Shown here: positions 1-12,600 of the stretch, one piece after another
Layout of the letters: the number at the start of each line of letters is the position of its first letter
Numbering within the stretch: the stretch's first letter is position 1
Position numbers and translations under genes: made by a program
Notes under the pieces: model-generated
What the model saw: only the letters and a program-made list of their open reading frames with translations
What the model was told of the DNA's origin: nothing
The model's database searches: none
From: Octopus sinensis
Lineage: Eukaryota
Direction of reading: 5' to 3'
DNA length: 64,000 nucleotides
Assembly: GCF_006345805.1 (NCBI RefSeq)
Contig: NC_043002.1
Span: forward strand, 30,938,001 to 31,002,000

Positions 1-255
1 TCTCCTGTTTTTAAAAACATGTTCCTCCTTTTTCACCACTTCCGTCTTTTCAGTATGTGACCTCGTGAAGACTACCTGCAATTTTTTTTTCCTCTGTCCT
101 CCCGCCTCGGGATCTTTCTTTCTCCTATGTTTCCGACGAAAAGCTCCGCTCGAAACGTCATACCCTCCTTCTTCCCTTCTTTCCTGAGCGTCCAATAATA
201 CTTTATTTGTTCCACATCCTCGCGTTGTTGTCTTTTTGTTTTCTTGTTTGGATTA

Positions 256-262
<7 letters not shown>
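1..262 (+). mobile_element. PLE-type 3' tail, family 1 (runs off window start)
   Basis: About 170 bp is homologous to 47925-48112, carries a hammerhead-like motif and ends at a (TA)n run. PLE assignment is inferred from the motif; no coding sequence is seen. Confidence 0.5.
129..163 (+). ncRNA. degenerate minimal type I hammerhead ribozyme motif
   Basis: gttt CCGACGA A aagc tcc gctc GAAA CG TC atac: U4C core, one mismatch each in stems I and II, palindromic ACGT stem III. Confidence 0.45.
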
Positions 263-290
<28 letters not shown>

Positions 291-291
291 C

Positions 292-657
292 CCTTATACT
301 TGTTTCAGTTATTTGCTGGAGCACCGTCTTTACTCGAGCAAATCGATCCCAGGACGTATTCTTTGTAAGCCTAGTACTTATTATATCGGTCTCTTTTGCC
401 GAACCGCTAAGTTACCGGGACGTAAACACACCAGCATCGGTTGTCAAGCGATGTTGGGGGGACAAACACTGACACACAAACATATACACATATATACGAC
501 GGGCTTCTTTCAGTCTCCGTCAGCCAAATCTACTCACAAGGCTTTGGTCGACCCGAGACTATAGTAGAAGATAGTTGCCCAAAGTACCACGCAGTGGGAC
601 TGAACCCGGAACCATGTGGCTGGTAAACAAGGTACTTACCCCACAGCCTCTCTTACG

Positions 658-660
<3 letters not shown>
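292..660 (-). mobile_element. tRNA-derived SINE family B
   Basis: Reverse complement of the full copy at 59437-59850 (head, ttgggcaa-type central block, internal microsatellite, tail). Confidence 0.85.
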
Positions 661-704
<44 letters not shown>

Positions 705-708
<4 letters not shown>

Positions 709-974
709 GACGGACTTCTTTCAGTTCCTTATCTACCAATTCCACTCACAAGAATTTGGTCAGCCCGAGGCTATAGTAGAAAACACTTGCCTAGGGTGTC
801 ACGTACATAAACATGCACGCATACACATGCACACCCACTCACACACGCATGCACACATACACACACACACACACATACACACACGCATAAAAGCATCCTT
901 GTAAAGGATTTCATTACGTGAAAAAAATTTTACTCATCTTTACACTTGAAATCTGTATTAATTCGCATATATAT

Positions 975-1041
<67 letters not shown>

Positions 1042-1265
1042 AGTGTGTGTATATATATATGATAGCTTATATTAAATCAGTATTTTGACTGGGTACATAC
1101 TGGCGCCGCCTTGAATGGTTTTAGTCGAACAAACCATCCTCGGGCTTTCTTGAAGCCTATCGGTCTTTTATATCGAACTGCTAGGTTACAGAGCTGTTAA
1201 CACATTACCACCGTTTGTCAAGTTGTAGTAGTGGTGGTGGGGCAAACACCTACACAAAGACACAC
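705..1265 (-). mobile_element. SINE family B fragments (705-803 and 1078-1265)
   Basis: Partial matches to the central block and tail of family B. Confidence 0.65.
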
Positions 1266-3573
1266 ACACACAAATAAAAAAGAAGAAAAATACTGTTGAT
1301 TTGATACAGTAAATTTTACACAACCTTGCTGCATCATGTAAAGGAATGGAAGGATTCAAACTTCCAACGTTTCTAAACCAAAATGGAATTATTCTCTTAA
1401 ATATTATTCTCAATGTCGAATTGCATTAAATTTCCTATAGATATTTAATAAACTGCAAATAATCCGCTCTCACATATATGGCATTAATCTCACCTGTTAT
1501 TGAGTCATTTAAACAACACAATCATTAATTCATACACGAAAACATCGGTATAAGCACGCAGTAGGTATAATACTCAACAGCGATAACTTCTTCACATTCA
1601 TACAGACAGAAGACCAACGTTCACATATATAGAACTTCTACATTTATATACACATACAAGCATACATATTCACACACAGAAACATCTCCCACGTATTAAC
1701 AAAAATCCTATACACACCTACACATCGACCATTTCTTATATTGAGAGAAAATAAATAGAAATTCCTTCTAAACATCTCATCGCGTTTTCTCTTATCATAA
1801 TGTGAAATGTTGTGTAAGTTTAGTTTATGTAACAGTGCTTAACAAAAACAACGACTGACGTTAGCGCCCTCTATAGGAAATAGAGGTGAGGACAGAATAT
1901 CGCTTGCTTTAGCGAGATTAAGAAGTTCAGCTGAGATTGGACAAGTACTTGACACCTAACACGAACAAGATAGACACCGGAGGGCAATAAGAAGGCTTGT
2001 TATAACGGTTGGTGACGTTGACTATATCAGACAGTTATGATGATGAACCCTTTCTTCGACATTCTTAGCGAAGAAATGAGAAGGAAAGTGATTGGTTGCG
2101 GAAAAATGATACAGTACTTGGCCACCCCTCAGGGAATTTCTATTCGCATCGTAACACCAGTGAACAAGGCTCGTATTAGCCATTCCGATAACAGGAACTG
2201 ACAATGAGAAACATATCAATTTATAGATGAGAAAAGGAGAAGAATGAGAAGGGGAAGAAAAAAGAAGAGGAAGGGGTAGGTGGAGGAGAAGAAGAAGGAG
2301 GAGGAGGAGGATGAAGAGGAGGAGAAGGAGGAGATGAAGACAACAGTAACAACTGTAACAACAACAACACTTACAACAACAACAGAGATAATAATGATAA
2401 TAATAATGACACTAATAACAGCGTCAAATTATAATAAGAAAGATGAGAAAGGTAGAAAGAAGGGAGATTCGTGAATGAAGATGAGAATAAAAGGAAAAGC
2501 AGAATAAAAATGAAAGAAACAACTGGAAGGAATATGATAAATTAAGAAATAAAGGAGGGGGGGAGATATGAAGTGGAGAAGGATTAGAGACAAGGTGTGT
2601 GGTGTGAGAGATATTTATAAAGGAAAAGAAAAAAAGAAAAAAGACAGAAATAGACACATAAAAAAAAACCAACAAATATATTTAAATGTGCGACTATGTA
2701 TTTGTATTGGAGAGGGTGAACGTAAGGGGAGACAAGAAGATGTATGGAGGGGGAAAAAAATGGCGTGCAAATATACTTATATGTACAGATGTAAACATCG
2801 CAAACATCAAGCGTGGCTAGCTTTTATTAAATTCGTTTTCCAGCGACCGTTGCATTCCGTGTTCACTTCTAGACGCCTTCTGGCCATAAACGGGTTTGTT
2901 CTCGGCTTAGGATACGTTACAGGTCTTTGTTCTTTCCTCTAGTTTTGTCGTTGTTGTTGTTTTTGTGTTGTTGTTATCGTGTTTGTTGTTGTTGTTGCTG
3001 GGATTGATTTTATAATTGTGGTTGTTGTTGTTGTTGTTGTCGCTTTTCATTTGTTATTGGTGATGTCGTTTTTTTTGTTTATTTTTCCTTGAGTTTTGTA
3101 TCCATTGGTGTTGAGGTTAAAGTTGCTGTTGTTGTTGTTGTTGCTGTATATTGTTAATGATGATGTTATTATTGACAATGCTGCTGCTGCTATTGCGTAT
3201 GGTAATGCTATTGCTGTTATCATTGTTTATTTTTGTCGTCGTCATCCTCGTCGTCGTCGTCGCTATAATTCTGGTTATTGCTGTTGTTGTTGTTCGCTTT
3301 ATTCGTATTATCTTGCCCAAATTATTGTTCTTGTTGTTGTTGATTTTATAATTATTGTCATTATCCTATTACCGGAGTTGCATATCGCTGCTGTGATTGT
3401 TGTTGTCGGTAGATGTAGATCTTTGATATAGTTAATGTTATTGCTGTTGTCGCTGTTGTTGCTGGTGGTAGCCACAGTAGCATACTTATTGTACTCACTA
3501 CTACAGCTGTTACTATCATTGTTACTATTACTGATTCAGTTATTGTTATTATTCTCATTGCTAATAATGTTTA

Positions 3574-3982
3574 TTTCTTTATTGCCCACAAGGGGCTAAA
3601 CATAGAGGGGACAAAGAAGGACAGACAAAGGGATTAAGTCGGTTACATCGACCCCAGTGCGAAACTGGTACTTTATTTATCGACCCCGAAAGGATGAACG
3701 GCAAAGTCGACCTCGGCGGAATTTGAACTCAGAACGTGGCGGCAGACGAAATACCTATTTCGTTACTACCCACAAGGGGCTAAACACAGAGAGGACAAAC
3801 AAGGACAGACAAACGGATTAAGTTGATTATATCGACCTTAATGCGTAACTGGTACTTATTTAATCGACCCCGAAAGGATGAAAGTCGACCTCGGCGGAAC
3901 TTGAACTCAGGACGTAACGGCAGGCGAAATACCGCTCAGCATTTCGTCCGGCGTGCTAACGTTTCTGCAAGCTCACCGCCTT
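3574..3982 (-). mobile_element. SINE family A, two-unit tandem
   Basis: Head GGCGGTGAGCTTGCAG, B-box-like GAGTTCAAATTCC, central GTCGACTTTGCC(TT)TTCATCCTTTCGGGGTCGAT, tail AGCCCCTTGTGGG..TAAAGAAA; second unit lacks the head start. Confidence 0.85.
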
Positions 3983-4667
3983 TTATTATTAATAATATTG
4001 TTGCCGAAGTAATAGTTATCATTGTCAGAGCTGTTGGCGTCGGTGCGTTTACTACGGCAGTTGTTGTTGCCGATACCATTGGCAGTTACAGTTGTTATTG
4101 GTGTTGTTGTTGTAGTTATTGCCGACATCGTTGTTATCGTTACTATTGCTGTTCATGCAGTTACCGTTGACCATAATGATGCCACTGTAATTTGATTTGT
4201 TTGAAGTAGTCTCCGCATTTATTGACACCTTCTCTCACTAATGATGGTTCTTATTATATTCTTGTAATTCTTATTACATTTCGATATTCTATGACCGCCC
4301 TGCTGAAGTGTTTTTTTTGTTTGTTTGTTCTTGATGAAGTTGTTGTAGTTGTTGTTTCAATTGTAGTAGTTGTTTTCCTTTTCTTTACAGTTGTTTTTCT
4401 CCGTTTCTTTTTCTTTTTTTCTATTTTTCATTCTTTTGTTTCGTGAGGTATTTACTGTTGTTGATGCACTGAGAAGTTAATCTTGTTTTTATGTTTTCTT
4501 TTCTGGAGCCTTTCCTATGAAGTTAATCATAGTGGTTTTAATTATATATACATGAGTGTAAGTTTATATGTGCGCTTGTATGTGTGTATATATGCCTATG
4601 TAATGTGTAATATATCTATCTATCTATTTTTCTATCAACCTTTCAACACACGCACACACACACACAC

Positions 4668-4716
<49 letters not shown>

Positions 4717-4751
4717 TATATATATGTGTGTGTGTGTGTATAATATATATA

Positions 4752-4782
<31 letters not shown>

Positions 4783-4799
4783 CATACATATATATACAT

Positions 4800-4975
4800 C
4801 CATGATAGATCGGTAGCCACTACACATTTTTTCTCTCGTTTTTTTTTCTGTGTCCCTTTCTGTAGAAGAGCGTAGGCTCGAAACGCAATTCCTGAGCGTT
4901 ATACTAATACATCTCTATGTTTTGTACACCACCTGTCTTCGTCTTTTGCTTTTTTCGTGAACTCTCCCACTATAC
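4800..4975 (+). mobile_element. PLE-type 3' tail, family 2
   Basis: Homologous over about 170 bp to 56775-56970; carries a hammerhead-like motif; followed by TA/CA repeats. Confidence 0.5.
4856..4885 (+). ncRNA. damaged hammerhead-variant motif
   Basis: cttt CTGTAGA A gagc gtag gctc GAAA CG; the cleavage triplet and 3' arm of stem I are missing relative to the 56839 copy. Confidence 0.35.
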
Positions 4976-5620
4976 ATACACACACACACACATACATACA
5001 TATGTATACAATTTTCTGATTTTGCTCCGCATTACCTATATTTTCCCATCAGTAGAGACCAATCTACATCATTAGATGCTTGTACATAGAATAAAGAAAA
5101 TTTAAAGGAAATTTAAATCAGCTGCTAGATACACCACCGGCCTGATATTTCATCTGTAGTAAAAGTTATTTTTCAACCGTGGTACGCAATGTTGGCGGGC
5201 TTCTGTCTATTGGCCGCTAATAAATTGCATATTCCACCTTTGGTTTTGCTGGGCTTAGTTGGACATAGATGGGCTGGGACTACTAATAAATTGTGATCAC
5301 CAGGATGTAAATATGAAATATGTGTGCCTTTATTAGCATTGAAAACAACTTAAAAACAGCTACAAGGAGAGTGAGCCTCGTCAGAAACCGCGCCTATCTG
5401 TCAGTAGGGAAAATGTGCGATTATATTTTTGCCACCCGTGGAGTGCTTTCTTTGTAGGCTTCTGGCCGTCGGTAATTCAGATGTACCACCCTAGCCTGAG
5501 ATAGGCCATATATAATGTCAATATCTATGTGTTCTGTTACTAGCAGAGTTGCAGTCAACTATAATTCATGTCTGACAGAAAACTCATTATAAAATATTAT
5601 TTTAATATTACATAATGTTG

Positions 5621-6199
5621 GTATCAAATTTTGGCATAAGGCTAGCAAATTCGGAGGAGGGCTGCTAAGTCGATTACCTTTGACCCAGTTGCTCAAGTAA
5701 CTCTTATTTTATCAACTCTGGAAAAGAAAATGAAAGACAAAATGGACGTCAGCGGAATTTGAGCTCAGAAAGGAAATAAATGCATGAAAAGAGCAAAGCG
5801 TTTTGCCAGCGCGCAAACGATTCTGTCAGCTGGTTATATTATAATATAGTACATAATATTATATATTAAACTATGATATTATTTATTAAAATAATACTTT
5901 TGGAGAAACTTTAATTAAAATTTCCTTTTTATTAAAATTCTGGGTTTTTTTTATGTAAGCATAGAAATGAAGTAATATCAGTTTCAAATTTTGGTACAAG
6001 TCCAGCAACTTCGAGGAAGGGGCTTAGTCGATTACATCGACCCAAGTGTTTAACTGGTACTTATTTTATTGACTCCGAAGTCGACCTCGGCTGAAGGCAA
6101 AATCAACCTCAGCACTATTTGAATTCAGAACGTAAAGATAGACGAAATGCCGCTAAGCATTTTGCCAGGCGTGCTAACGTTTCAGGCAGCTCGCTGTCT
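5621..6199 (-). mobile_element. two SINE A2 copies (family A head and centre, alternative tail)
   Basis: 5621-5832 and 5981-6199; tail reads CTTG(T)GCCAAAATTTGAAAC on the element strand. Confidence 0.75.
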
Positions 6200-7005
6200 C
6201 AGAAATAAAATAATATCGAAAAAAACTTTTTGATTGTGATTTAGATAAATTTATGTTGATCTGTAATAGAACTATGGAAATCATAGAAAATCTTACTTGA
6301 ATACCTTTCTCTTCCAAATATACTCGTAGAAATAAAGTAATTTATAAGACTTTTTCGTAAATATGCATTCATTTAATAACAGCTTATACCTTACTCTAAT
6401 ATCTCGTCACTTATTTTGATTAACATTTTCAAATTCAATGTTAAAAGGAAATCATAATCCCCCGCCCCGCAAAAAAATAAAATCTTGTGCTCAAAACAAG
6501 TGTTTGAAGAGACCAACACTACAGAGAATTAATCCTTGTAATTAAGTTATTAAGATCTTCCCGGCAATTCTCTTTTTAAGTGTGTGGTAAATAATAAATA
6601 TAGATTACTTTTTTAAAGTACCTAATTTTAATTGCTACAAAGCTGACTTTGATATTGGCCGATTAACTATACTGATTATGAGAAGGATTAAGTCCACTTG
6701 AAAGTAGGTCCATTCAAGTCTTTGCATTGAGTATATTTTATTAGTAAGGCGGTAATTCATAAATAACACTTATCCATGGTCAATTTCCCTCCGCCCATGG
6801 CTTTAACCAGGACTCTCCTTTTTCACCATATATTGGATCCCCCCTCCTCACATAGCTCGGTGTATATCGCCGAGTGTCTCTAAAAGCTCTTCCTCAGATG
6901 TCAGCGCATTCTTAAAAGTAAAACCAGGCTCCTGTCCTGGGTAACCATCCCCCTGTTATACAACGGCCGCTTCCTTTTCAAAACAGTCTTCCTCTTATAT
7001 TAGTC

Positions 7006-7460
7006 TAGATTGGTCGTTCTCCCGGACACTTCAATGATCTCACGCGAGAGCGTCATCCATCACGGTCCCCCATGCATGTTCTTAATTCGTCAACAGTTGC
7101 CAGTCCACTGTTCAGAAGCAAGTTATCCACATAGGTTAGACGTTTTCTTCACCTATAGATTCTTCAATTGACAGGTCAACTGGTCTCTACCATGAGACCA
7201 GTTAACACACAGGTTTTTTGGGGTGCCAGAAGCAATGACCAGCAATGCTCATTCTTCTCTGCTTTGGGTAGATTTTTTTTTTGCTTTTTTTTTTTGATTT
7301 TGTTTTTTTTTTAAAGAAAGCCGAGAAACATCATTGTCACCTTTCCTCACCCTTCTATCAAGACTGCTTTCCATTAAATGTTGTCTTTCGCGACGCATTT
7401 CATCTATTGTCCTTGTTCTACGATCTTACACAAACCTTGAACTTTTCCCTAACCACGATG
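7006..7460 (-). mobile_element. RTE-clade LINE 3' fragment, decayed
   Basis: Minus-strand translation gives RRMSIAGHC, TYVDNLLLNSGLATVDELRTCM and DRDG*RSRVR, matching RTE ORF C-terminal motifs. Confidence 0.6.
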
Positions 7461-8833
7461 GCAAAGGTTCTTATTGTTGCTGGTCTTGTTGTTGAAGCTG
7501 TTGCTGTTGCTATTCATCTTTTCACTGTATAGGTGGTGTTGGCATGAATACTTTTTAACTCTCTTAATGTAAAGTGTCCGGGAGAATGACCAATCTATAT
7601 ATTATTCACAGCGCTTATATTCTTATCATTTTCTCAAATCTTAGCGGTGTCACACTCGACGCTTCTTAGAAATCCTTCTTCAGTTTTTTCAAATCATTTT
7701 GTAACATTTCTGGTTACTTATATTAAGTATACCAATACCATATAGGAAAATATGTCGGAACCTTCGCCACCTATCCCTACCAGCAAAAATATTTTTCAAG
7801 TCAAGCGAATCAATAAATAAACAAACAATTCCACCAACTGGCTTACCCCCAAAGGACTATGAATACCTCATGATACCTAGAATCTACGTTAGATCTTCAT
7901 TGAAGCAGTCTTGCAATCCTGTCAAACTAACGAGCTATGGGAGAATACGCTTGCCATAGGGTATTAATTCATGTTGTTCCTGTTCTAGTCTGTGCTGCTA
8001 TTGTTATTGTGACAATGGGCTTTATTGTTCTTGTTGTTGATATTGTTGATATTTCCTGTGATGGTTATGATAGTGGGTGGCTATTCTGTGAGTTTTTTAA
8101 TCTCTTGCTGACCATTCTAAGATTTTTTCCTTTGTTTTTGTTTTTGGTGAAGGGGCGAGGATTATGTCCGTGCTTTTTCTTTGTTTTCTCGTTGAGTTAC
8201 CGTTCCGGCCTCATCCTGTTTCTATCCGTTATTCAATGACAAATCGGAGGAGAGCAGAGGCTGATCAGGGTGTGTGAGCTTGTATGTCCGTTGCATTAGT
8301 ATTGGTGTTAGTCTTCGTGGTAGAAGTTTTGGCTGATCTTGTTGTTGAAGACGTTTCTGTTGCTATCCATGCTTTCACTGTGTTGGTGGTGTTGGCATGA
8401 AGACGTTATAACTCTCTTCATCTGAAGGCAGAAGGCCCTTCCCCACCTTGTTAGCTGCTGCTCCAGCATAACACTTGGGCCACTTTCAGTCGGAAATCTC
8501 ATTATGTCACCATTTTTAGAATGAATTCTTAAGCTATCTTCAAAAACAGCATAATATCTAAACATACTCTGAAGCCATAACTGAAAGAAATTAAAGAATA
8601 GATAAGTCATGTGATTTATTTTTGAGTCACCATAGTTATTCGTTCACTCATATATGAATTACGTCATAAATAACCTTTAGGGAATCCTGTGCGTTTAGCT
8701 TTTTCTCTGGTCTCTTTGTTTCTTTACTGAGGTATAAGATTACTGCTATTAGTTATGTAATGCTATATCAGTTAAAGTGAGCATTCCTAAGGTTGTGGCT
8801 AACAGAATTGTTAAACAGGTTGTGTTATATAAA

Positions 8834-9048
8834 GGCGGCGAGCTGGCAGAAACTTTAGCACGCCGGGCGAAATGCTTAGCCGTTACGTTGTGAGTTCAAA
8901 TTCCGCCGAGGTCGACTTTGCCTTTCATCCTTTCGGGGTCGATAAATTAAGTACCAGTTACACACTGGGGTCGATGTAATCGATTTAATACCTATGTCTG
9001 TCCTTGTTTGTCCCCTCTGTGTTTAGCCCCTTGTGGGTAATAAAGAAA
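8834..9048 (+). mobile_element. SINE family A with 10-bp TSD
   Basis: GTTGTGTTAT at 8819-8828 and 9052-9061 flanks the copy. Confidence 0.85.
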
Positions 9049-9846
9049 AATGTTGTGTTATGTATATAACCACTACAAAATAGTGATATGCTGTGATGAT
9101 TTTCCGAAAAGACACAAAAGCGAAATTCCATCATTCTTGGACAGAATGATTTCACTCTCGTACTTCAAGACAAGGCAAAAGCCTCAGTGCAATCTACCAA
9201 GCTGACAGAGATAACTACCAATTATCCTTTGAATCACATCCTACTTCTTACAAGAAGGATACATTGGGAGTAATGTTATCCTATGTATGCAAGACAGACA
9301 AGACGGATATAATTGGATCACTTTCCATGGGTCTGCTCGATTAGAACAAAAATTATCAACAACCAAAACAGAAGATCATAGAGAACTAAGCAACAATTGT
9401 AACAATAGAATCTCGACTGAATTACCAAGGATTTAATGTTTTCATATGCCTAAAGGATTTTCCCCTTCCAGCCATTAATCTGCCGTGATGGTCTTAAAAC
9501 TTGTAAGTACGGGTTAATATGTTCATTGTAGTGAGACACAAAAGAATGTTTCATTAATTGAAATAACAATCTTAATGAGAAATATAGTCATTAAGTTTAA
9601 TTACAATTTTTGGCAAGAGGAACAAGAGGGAGAACTTTAAAATTTAAATGGACTAAACATAACGTTAATAACTTCAGTGTTCTTAATATAGAGAGACTGA
9701 AGAGATAAAATCAGCAAAATATACCAAGTATTTGCCTTGTTTATATATTAGAGAGATAAATGAACCGCGCAAATAAATTTAATACAGCTCTAGTTAAGGC
9801 CTGAATACTATTACATCTTCGTTAGTAATACAGTAAATTTATTTAA

Positions 9847-10060
9847 GGCGTCGAACAGGCAGAATCGTCAGCACGCCAGGCAAAGTATTTAGTGGCAGAT
9901 TGTCTCTATTTACGTTCTGAATTGAAATTTCGCTGAAGTCCACTTCGCCTTTCATCCTTTTGAGGTTGTTAAAATAGGTACCAGTTGTGCACTGGGGACG
10001 ATTTAATCGACTTAGCCCGCTCCCCCGAACTAGCTGCCCTTGTGCCAAAATTTGAAATCA
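9847..10060 (+). mobile_element. SINE A2
   Basis: Family A head and centre with the A2 tail. Confidence 0.75.
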
Positions 10061-10913
10061 ATTGAGAAAATTTATTTAATATTGTAATACAAAATCATTT
10101 CCAGTTAATCGGCATCATTTGAAGGAAACGTTAAAAAACAGGTCACATGTACCAATTATTTAGAGATTACAACAATCGATTACAACTATTCTATAGCAAA
10201 CACATTTTAAAAGGTCGAAATAGTATAGACAATGGGCCTTTATTTCCACAGGGACTGGTTTGAAGAAAGGAGTTAATTATCTTCAAACTGGAATATATGT
10301 TCGAATACTGGCAACTAATGGAACTCCGCTAAAAATACCTAAGTGCCAAATGCACACGTCCGCGCCTGTATGTGAAGTATGAGTAGGATTGAATCGGGTG
10401 ACAAATAGGTCTACTAGCTAATGAAACGCAGATGGTAACGGACTGGAACTAATAGATACTAAGGTATCCATAACTAACTAACGGGCCAACAATTTGATTT
10501 GTCACTGCCCTTTATATTTTACCAAGTTCCAAATTTGCAGTTGTTATAAAAAAGAACAACATCGGTGACATAAATTCAGTTGTTGTTGTTTTGCTTCAAA
10601 TGGCCCCTGATCAAGTAAGAAACCCAAGATCAAAAGACATTCTAGCTTAGAACATAACGTTGTATCTCCCGGAAATAATTTACCGAGAAAGATGTTTTAT
10701 CGTCAAGACGGTAGTCTGAGGGATATTTGGTTGCAGTTTCTTCCATGATATACGACTTCGTAAAGGTTCTTTCCTTTGCATTTTCATCGTATATACAGTA
10801 TGGCTAAAGGTGTCAGATTAAGTCTATTCTAAGAATAACGAATTTAAGAATATAAGAATATAAGAATACAAAGAATGTATGCATGTATGTATGTATGTAT
10901 GTATGTATGTATG

Positions 10914-10947
<34 letters not shown>

Positions 10948-10967
10948 TGTATGCATGTAAGTATACA

Positions 10968-11010
<43 letters not shown>

Positions 11011-11204
11011 ATACAGAATATCAACGACTGAAATAATTTCACTCCATCTATTTTTTTAATCAACAAATCAGAGCAGCTATTTTCTTGAATGTCAGTAATA
11101 GAGATTAAAATATTTTTAAAAATAATTATTGCTTTTCGTAAAACATCGTTTAGTTTCCTAATTATTTCGGTGAGATTATATAACATACCACTCAACACGC
11201 ATGT

Positions 11205-11262
<58 letters not shown>

Positions 11263-11623
11263 TCACACGTTCACAGCTATACACGCACACATATATACAT
11301 GCTCACATACACATATAGCTGTATGAATGTATGTAGGCATGCATGTGTGTATGTATATAACTAAATAGGAAAATATACGCATGGTTGTATGTGAGGCCAT
11401 TGAAAAATAAACTATATGCATTTTCTTGTAAATATATATACATAGGTTTGTGTCAGTAGATATATCTATATATCTGTAATATATGTATGCGCGTATGTGT
11501 GCATGTGTATATATCATTGCTTGTGCTTAATAGTCATTATACATCAATGTGTATATGAGTGCGTGTATATGTCATTAAATGTGTCTCGTATGTGATTATA
11601 TATATGTGTGTGTGTGTGTATGG

Positions 11624-11694
<71 letters not shown>

Positions 11695-11797
11695 ATATAT
11701 ATAAGCAAAGAGATGGAGAAACAATGAGACTGAGAGGATGGAGTCAGAGAGAGCAGCACACACACATATGTATGTGCGAGTGTGTGTATACATGTAC

Positions 11798-11856
<59 letters not shown>

Positions 11857-12600
11857 GGACATTGTGTGTTAAGGTGTGAATAAGTGAAAGTGATGGAGAG
11901 AAAAGAAGTGTAAATGAAAAACCTCTGTTCACATTGCAACAATATCTCGAAGCAATAAAACTATAAACTCTATAATTGAATACTTGATATTTTATTTCAA
12001 ACCAACCAGTCAATCACCGCCACCCCCTTTCCCTGCTACCACTACTACCACCCCACAGCCACCACCAACAACACAACCACTATCACCACCACCACCACCA
12101 CCACCACTACCATCACGTCTTATCAAAATAATCATTTTTCGTGTGTGCCTGATTAATTGTTCCATTTTTTGTTCTCTTATTATTCTTATCGTATTAGGCA
12201 CAGTTATTTTGTTGTTGTTGTTGGTGTTGTTGTTTCTGTTGTCGTTGTTGTTGTTGTTGTGAGTTTTGGTGGTGGTGGTGGTCTTACTGTTTTGTCGATA
12301 TAAGTATCGTTGTTGATGATGGTATTGTTGTTGTTGCTCTTGGTGGTGATTTTATTGTTACTTATAAAGTACCATTTATTGTGTTCTGGAACCACAATAG
12401 CCGTAAGCAATAAGAAATGTTGGTTTCTGAATTCCTCTCTTCAAAGACAGCAGTTTGTCTCGATCTCTGGGTCGACGTTGATATTGTTGTGACCGTTTGG
12501 TACCGTTGATACCGTAGGCAGAACAACAGAATCATTTGTTTGAGAGCACGTGACTTATTTTTAAACACCTCACGAACTAATCGATAGTTCGTAATTTATA

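Noticed and set aside
5370-5395. CTGACGAGGC on the minus strand
   Set aside because: No matching stem II or GAAA downstream.
12410-12560. Minus-strand frame ending VDPEIETNCCL*
   Set aside because: No pyrimidine-rich acceptor and no recognisable homology.
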